56,124 bases of DNA from a virus (taxonomy: Duplodnaviria; Caudoviricetes). The notes below the pieces were generated by a model. That model did not search any database and was not told the DNA's origin. It saw only the letters and a program-made list of their open reading frames with translations. Position numbers and translations under genes: made by a program. The stretch covers positions 1-56,124 of IMG/VR virus record IMGVR_UViG_3300010399_000044. The stretch is one strand, 5' to 3'. The first letter of the stretch is position 1. Each line of letters opens with the position of its first letter. Shown piece after piece: positions 52,216-56,124 of this stretch.

Positions 52216-52713
52216 CTACTCAGCGCAGTGCACGCACTGCACGGGCTCACCGTGGTGCAAGAGCTGGCCCTCTGCCAAACCTCCGCAGAAACACTCAGTC
52301 TCGCACTCAGGGCAGTCGTACAGCGTTCCGGGCTCATGTCCAGGGGTGTGCCATTCCCGGAACGCAATGCCCCAACCCTCTTGCACATCCTGGCACTCGC
52401 ACTCGGTTGTGTGTTCGCACTCTGCGGTGTAGGTGTGAGTCACGGCCACGTAGACACCAGGCCTGTCCAAGATGTCTTCTGCCAAGTGTCCGCCGATGTA
52501 CTCGGAGTCGTGCATCACCGGACCCGAGTACAGGTACTGACCCGTGTAGCCCGTCAGCATGGTCCACGACTTGTCGAAACACTTGCTGTCGTAGAACTCC
52601 GGAGCCCAAAAACCTTCTGGTTCCGAGATTGTTCCGTCATCGTGAACACGAATGACATGATCGAATTCCATCATGTCTTCCAACTCTTGGATACGACCCT
52701 TGACCTTGCCCAT
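52216..52713 (-). CDS. hypothetical protein with Cys-rich C-terminus
   Basis: GYTGQY.Y.GP.MH.SEYIGG; GGGAG RBS. Confidence 0.7.
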   Translation of the reverse strand: MGKVKGRIQELEDMMEFDHVIRVHDDGTISEPEGFWAPEFYDSKCFDKSWTMLTGYTGQYLYSGPVMHDSEYIGGHLAEDILDRPGVYVAVTHTYTAECEHTTECECQDVQEGWGIAFREWHTPGHEPGTLYDCPECETECFCGGLAEGQLLHHGEPVQCVHCAE

Positions 52714-52777
52714 AACTTACACTCCCTAAGTGAGGATGGCAGGATAGAGACCGAAGCCTCTACCCCACCAAGGTCAC

Positions 52778-53155
52778 TCAAGACTTGGTGATCACGAACG
52801 CGGGCTCACCGGGATGTGAAGCCTTGTACTTCTCGACGTACTGATCGGCTTCATTCTTGGTGCCGAACACCACGATTCCCGACGAGATCGCACCAGCCCG
52901 TGCCTGGTGCCAGGATGGCCTACCCGTGTGCGCCTCAAACCTCGGAGGGTTCTCGCACCTGTACTTGGTGTAGGTAGCCGTCTGAAACCCGTGGGTCTCC
53001 GAATAGGTGGTGTGGTACTTGACCCACTTACCAGGCAGTTTCCGGACGAATGCTCCAGTCGCGGAACCGCGTTCACGGCGGGTTCCACCAACGGCCCTAA
53101 CCTCGATAAACCGCACGCCGTTGTGGTCGTAAGTTGTATTCGACACGTCGCTCAT
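52778..53155 (-). CDS. hypothetical protein
   Basis: early-region ORF. Confidence 0.6.
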   Translation of the reverse strand: MSDVSNTTYDHNGVRFIEVRAVGGTRRERGSATGAFVRKLPGKWVKYHTTYSETHGFQTATYTKYRCENPPRFEAHTGRPSWHQARAGAISSGIVVFGTKNEADQYVEKYKASHPGEPAFVITKS

Positions 53156-53167
53156 GGCTCAAACCCC

Positions 53168-53598
53168 CTACAGTGCGGGAACGATGGATTTCAATGCGGT
53201 GTTGATATGCGAATCGTTGTAGTCCGCATCCTTCACCACATCGTAGGCATTGGCAGCCCACATCAGGTCCCACCTGTAACGGCGGTTCAAGTCTTGTGTG
53301 AGTTCAGACCTAGGAAACAGGCCGTCCCTGTAGTTCTGTCGAGTCTCTTCGGTGTCCAGCGGCTCGATCAAAGCTTGCATAGCCGCGATGTGCTCTTTGG
53401 TCATCCTCATGACTCTACCTCACCGTAACTTGAGTGGATCATCCGGCCACACTGGTCCAAGCAATCACACTCGATTGCCGGACCTTCCCAGTAGGGTTGC
53501 TGTTGGTCCACGTCACTTGCGCAATCACCATGTACAACAAGGTCATCACTCGTGACATAGAAGACCGAATAGCCCGATACCAGGGTTGTGCGGCTCAT
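53168..53598 (-). CDS. two hypothetical proteins (53168-53410, 53407-53598)
   Basis: ATGA overlaps, GAGGT RBSs. Confidence 0.6.
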
Positions 53599-53819
53599 GA
53601 CTTGACCTCATCCAGGTTGGCAGCGGCGAACTCGCGGATACGTCCGGTCTTGAACATCCGGACGTGGACCCATTTGCCAACCCTCACAACCCTGCCGTAC
53701 CTCTCACCCCGCATCCAACAATCAAGGTGGGGCTTGACTTGAACCCTCTGGTGCAACTTGATCATAACTTGACCTTTCGAGTGGAGAATCCCGCGAGGGG
53801 TCCCCGAAAGGACCCCTCA

Positions 53820-54259
53820 CTAGACAAGCGACTCGAAATCGGTAGTGACCGTGTAACCCTCTACCCTTGACTCTGTCGCCAAGTCAAGGGCCTCTTGGTG
53901 GTTGTCGAAGGACTGTTTGTCGATCATGTCTCCGGTATCAGGGTCGATCAGGTACACCGTGTAGACGTCCAACCCTTGATTGATCAGCCTTTCGGCTTCG
54001 TTCCATCCCTTGAGGATGGTAGCGATCACACGATGCAAGATTCTCATGCCTTCTGCGCCCCAGTCCTGGAGTCTTCGGGTGAACCGATCCACCCAATCGT
54101 GTCTTCCGGGCAGTCCGAAGACCTCAGGAAGAACACACCACACGAGTTGGTGTCAACCTTGGGTGAATCCTTCGGAGCACACGCTCCAAGACTCACACAT
54201 CCAAGGATGATTCCAGCGATCACCGGAGCGATCACGATTCGCCTCAATGCTTGTTTCAT
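53820..54259 (-). CDS. hypothetical protein (53820-54047) and putative lipoprotein (54044-54259, LGAC lipobox)
   Basis: ATGA overlap; signal peptide-like N-terminus. Confidence 0.55.
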
Positions 54260-54326
54260 ATCAACTAACCTCATCTCTAGGTGTAGAAAGCGGCTTACGG
54301 GTCTCCCCGTGAGCCACTCAAGACAT

Positions 54327-54548
54327 CTAGCGACGACCAGGCAGCCCGGTCACGGGCATGATCTCTCCCATGAACTCGTTTGCCATGAACTTCTCGAACG
54401 TCTCGCCAACCCTCATTTTCATGACTTCGGTCTGGTCTGCCTTGAACTCACCATCGTACTTCCAGAAGGTGGACACGTACTGTGACCCTGGGGTCCAGGA
54501 CGCGTAGGTCACCGAGTTGCCGAACACTGCTTTGAGTTGCTTGACCAT
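54327..54548 (-). CDS. hypothetical protein
   Basis: AAAGGAG RBS. Confidence 0.65.
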   Translation of the reverse strand: MVKQLKAVFGNSVTYASWTPGSQYVSTFWKYDGEFKADQTEVMKMRVGETFEKFMANEFMGEIMPVTGLPGRR

Positions 54549-54609
54549 AACTTACTCCTTTGAACGGTGGTTCAACCCTCCGGGAGGGACCGAAGCCCCT
54601 CCCGAATGT

Positions 54610-54888
54610 TCAGCCGTCGTTCTCTTCTGTCAGCCTGAAGTCTTCCCAGGCGGAGTACTTGTAAAGGAACTCGAACAGTTCCTCTACATTGTCCCAACCC
54701 TTCACCGTGATTCCGTCCTCCTGAATCAAGCCGTCATCGTATGCTGCGATGATCGGCCATGCCAGGTCGAAACGCGATGTGATTTCGTCGTACTCACTGC
54801 TCAGTTCGACGAAGGTGTGAATCCTCTTGAGGATCACTCCGGTTCTGGGCATTGCGTCGAGTTCGATGAATGCGAAAGCCAATTCCAT
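54610..54888 (-). CDS. acidic hypothetical protein (first early gene)
   Basis: AGGAGAG RBS. Confidence 0.65.
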   Translation of the reverse strand: MELAFAFIELDAMPRTGVILKRIHTFVELSSEYDEITSRFDLAWPIIAAYDDGLIQEDGITVKGWDNVEELFEFLYKYSAWEDFRLTEENDG

Positions 54889-55193
54889 TTCAACTCTCCT
54901 GAATGCAGACTCGAATTGCCACCCAAGACCGTGCTAAAGGCACCGTAGCGCGGACCGAAGTCGACTCAACAGAACCGATGGCACGGGCAAGGGAAGCATT
55001 TCAAACCTTAGCCCTGTCAATCTCAACTTGAACTAGTATCACCAAAACTCCCGTGGGACAAGTCACCACCAGCTATGGCTTTACAGTCTAGGAGACCTAA
55101 CAGGATTTCTGCCGGGGCTGTCAGCAGGTTGTGCAAGACTCAGTGTTGAGTGGGCGCTTACTGCGCCACCTCTAGGCTCAACGCTTGCATATG

Positions 55194-55241
55194 GAGTTCT
55201 CAAAGAGCAGTGGCATCCAGGTTCTTCCAGCCTTTCGGCTG
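55194..55241 (-). promoter_or_regulatory. boxB-like GAAA hairpin plus boxA-like antitermination site
   Basis: - strand CAGCC-GAAA-GGCTG followed by TGCTCTTTGAGAACTC. Confidence 0.6.
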
Positions 55242-55278
55242 TTCGGCCCCTGTACCCGTTTCCCTGTGTTGTGGCCTA

Positions 55279-55308
55279 ACCGTACCAGCCCGTTTCCGGG
55301 CTGTCAAG
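55279..55308 (-). promoter_or_regulatory. leftward SigA-type promoter
   Basis: TTGACA-N18-TACGGT. Confidence 0.6.
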
Positions 55309-55480
55309 TCGGTTTCGATGTCAGGCTCTAGGCCCTACGTCTCGGTTGTAAGCATCGCGGAAGTGTTGTCCCCTAAGGGCACTCCCCCTAACCGATCCAC
55401 CTGTCAGTAACCAGGTAGCATGGGTGCGGAGACCGTTTGCGACTTGTATGTAGTTGTGGGGGCCTTTCGGCTCCGGGTGA

Positions 55481-55509
55481 AGCTTAGCAAATCGGGTTTC
55501 CCCTGTCAA
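55481..55509 (-). promoter_or_regulatory. leftward SigA-type promoter (extended -10)
   Basis: TTGACA-N17-TAAGCT with TG. Confidence 0.7.
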
Positions 55510-55682
55510 CTCCCAGTGAATCGACTTGTCGAGTCACGAGGCTGGTCCGTACCATCCCCCGCTCTAGGCGGGTTGTCCTCGGGACCATGTGGAGTTGATG
55601 GGAGAAACGTACCAGACGGGGTTCTGACCCGCAACCCCCAATTTCGGGGCCTTCCTGGTGTCCCGTCCTGGCGACAACACGA

Positions 55683-55711
55683 ACAGTACGCCTCCCCCAA
55701 GACCCTGTCAA
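55683..55711 (-). promoter_or_regulatory. leftward SigA-type promoter
   Basis: TTGACA-N17-TACTGT. Confidence 0.65.
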
Positions 55712-56124
55712 ATCGGCCCATAACCCCAGGTCAGGAGGGGTTTCGCCCTGGGGAGGGGGGTCTATACAGGGGGCCCTACCAGGGAAAACCTATTTAAGCC
55801 CTCTGTGGGGCAATCTCAGGGCCTACACCCCCCTGGGTAGCCCTTCGTACCAGGCACCCACTGTAGGGGGCTGTATGGAGCTGCTAGGGCCCTGTATGGG
55901 GGTGTGTGCAGGCAGGGCTAGGGCTGTGTGGGGGTAGGGTGAGGAGAGTGCACGCGTACTAGCACACTAGGGTGTGCTTGGCTAGTGGTAGACGTGTGTG
56001 GTGTGCAGCACGCAGATTGGGGATTGTGCTGTGGTGTGTGGCATGGGAGGATGTGTGCACACAAGTTAATAACGTAGATTGAGGCGAGGTAGGGGGGTGA
56101 CCCCCAGCCCCGCCTCGCGGACAA

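Noticed and set aside
55011-55711. Repeated CTGTCA(A) motifs as L5-type stoperators
   Set aside because: Confined to the right end and mostly explained as TTGACA -35 boxes; no repressor gene found.
55760-56124. G/T-skewed, semi-repetitive right-end sequence and ORF 55918-56124
   Set aside because: Low-complexity non-coding end with no definable repeat unit or coding signal.

Overview
This window looks like a complete, about 56 kb genome of a lytic actinobacterial siphovirus with mycobacteriophage L5/Cluster A-like architecture. The left arm runs rightward: HNH, small terminase, two lysin genes, a methyltransferase, an 11-tRNA array, then terminase, portal, capsid, tail and holin genes. It meets a leftward right arm at a bidirectional terminator (about 22.85 kb). 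The right arm carries DNA Pol I, a split primase, Endo VII, a helicase, a RecB/Cas4-type exonuclease, two RNA ligases plus PNK, Lsr2 and many small genes. I found no integrase, parAB or repressor. The most unusual content lies below the 60-aa cutoff of the ORF track or is non-coding. (1) A chain of nine overlapping micro-ORFs at 22886-23654, seven of them related acidic 27-35 aa peptides. (2) Four Cys-rich micro-ORFs placed between the tRNAs. (3) Four paralogous 'G-x3-SY' proteins near a Pol-beta-type nucleotidyltransferase. (4) Two tandem pairs of C2HC zinc-finger microproteins. (5) Several structured RNA candidates: a kissing-loop RNA in the tRNA array, an anticodon-less tRNA mimic, an anti-SD pseudoknot before the lysin, and a boxB/boxA site. 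(6) An Acb2-like immune-signal sponge and a glycosyltransferase inside the head gene module. All product calls come from motif recognition by eye; no database searches were run.
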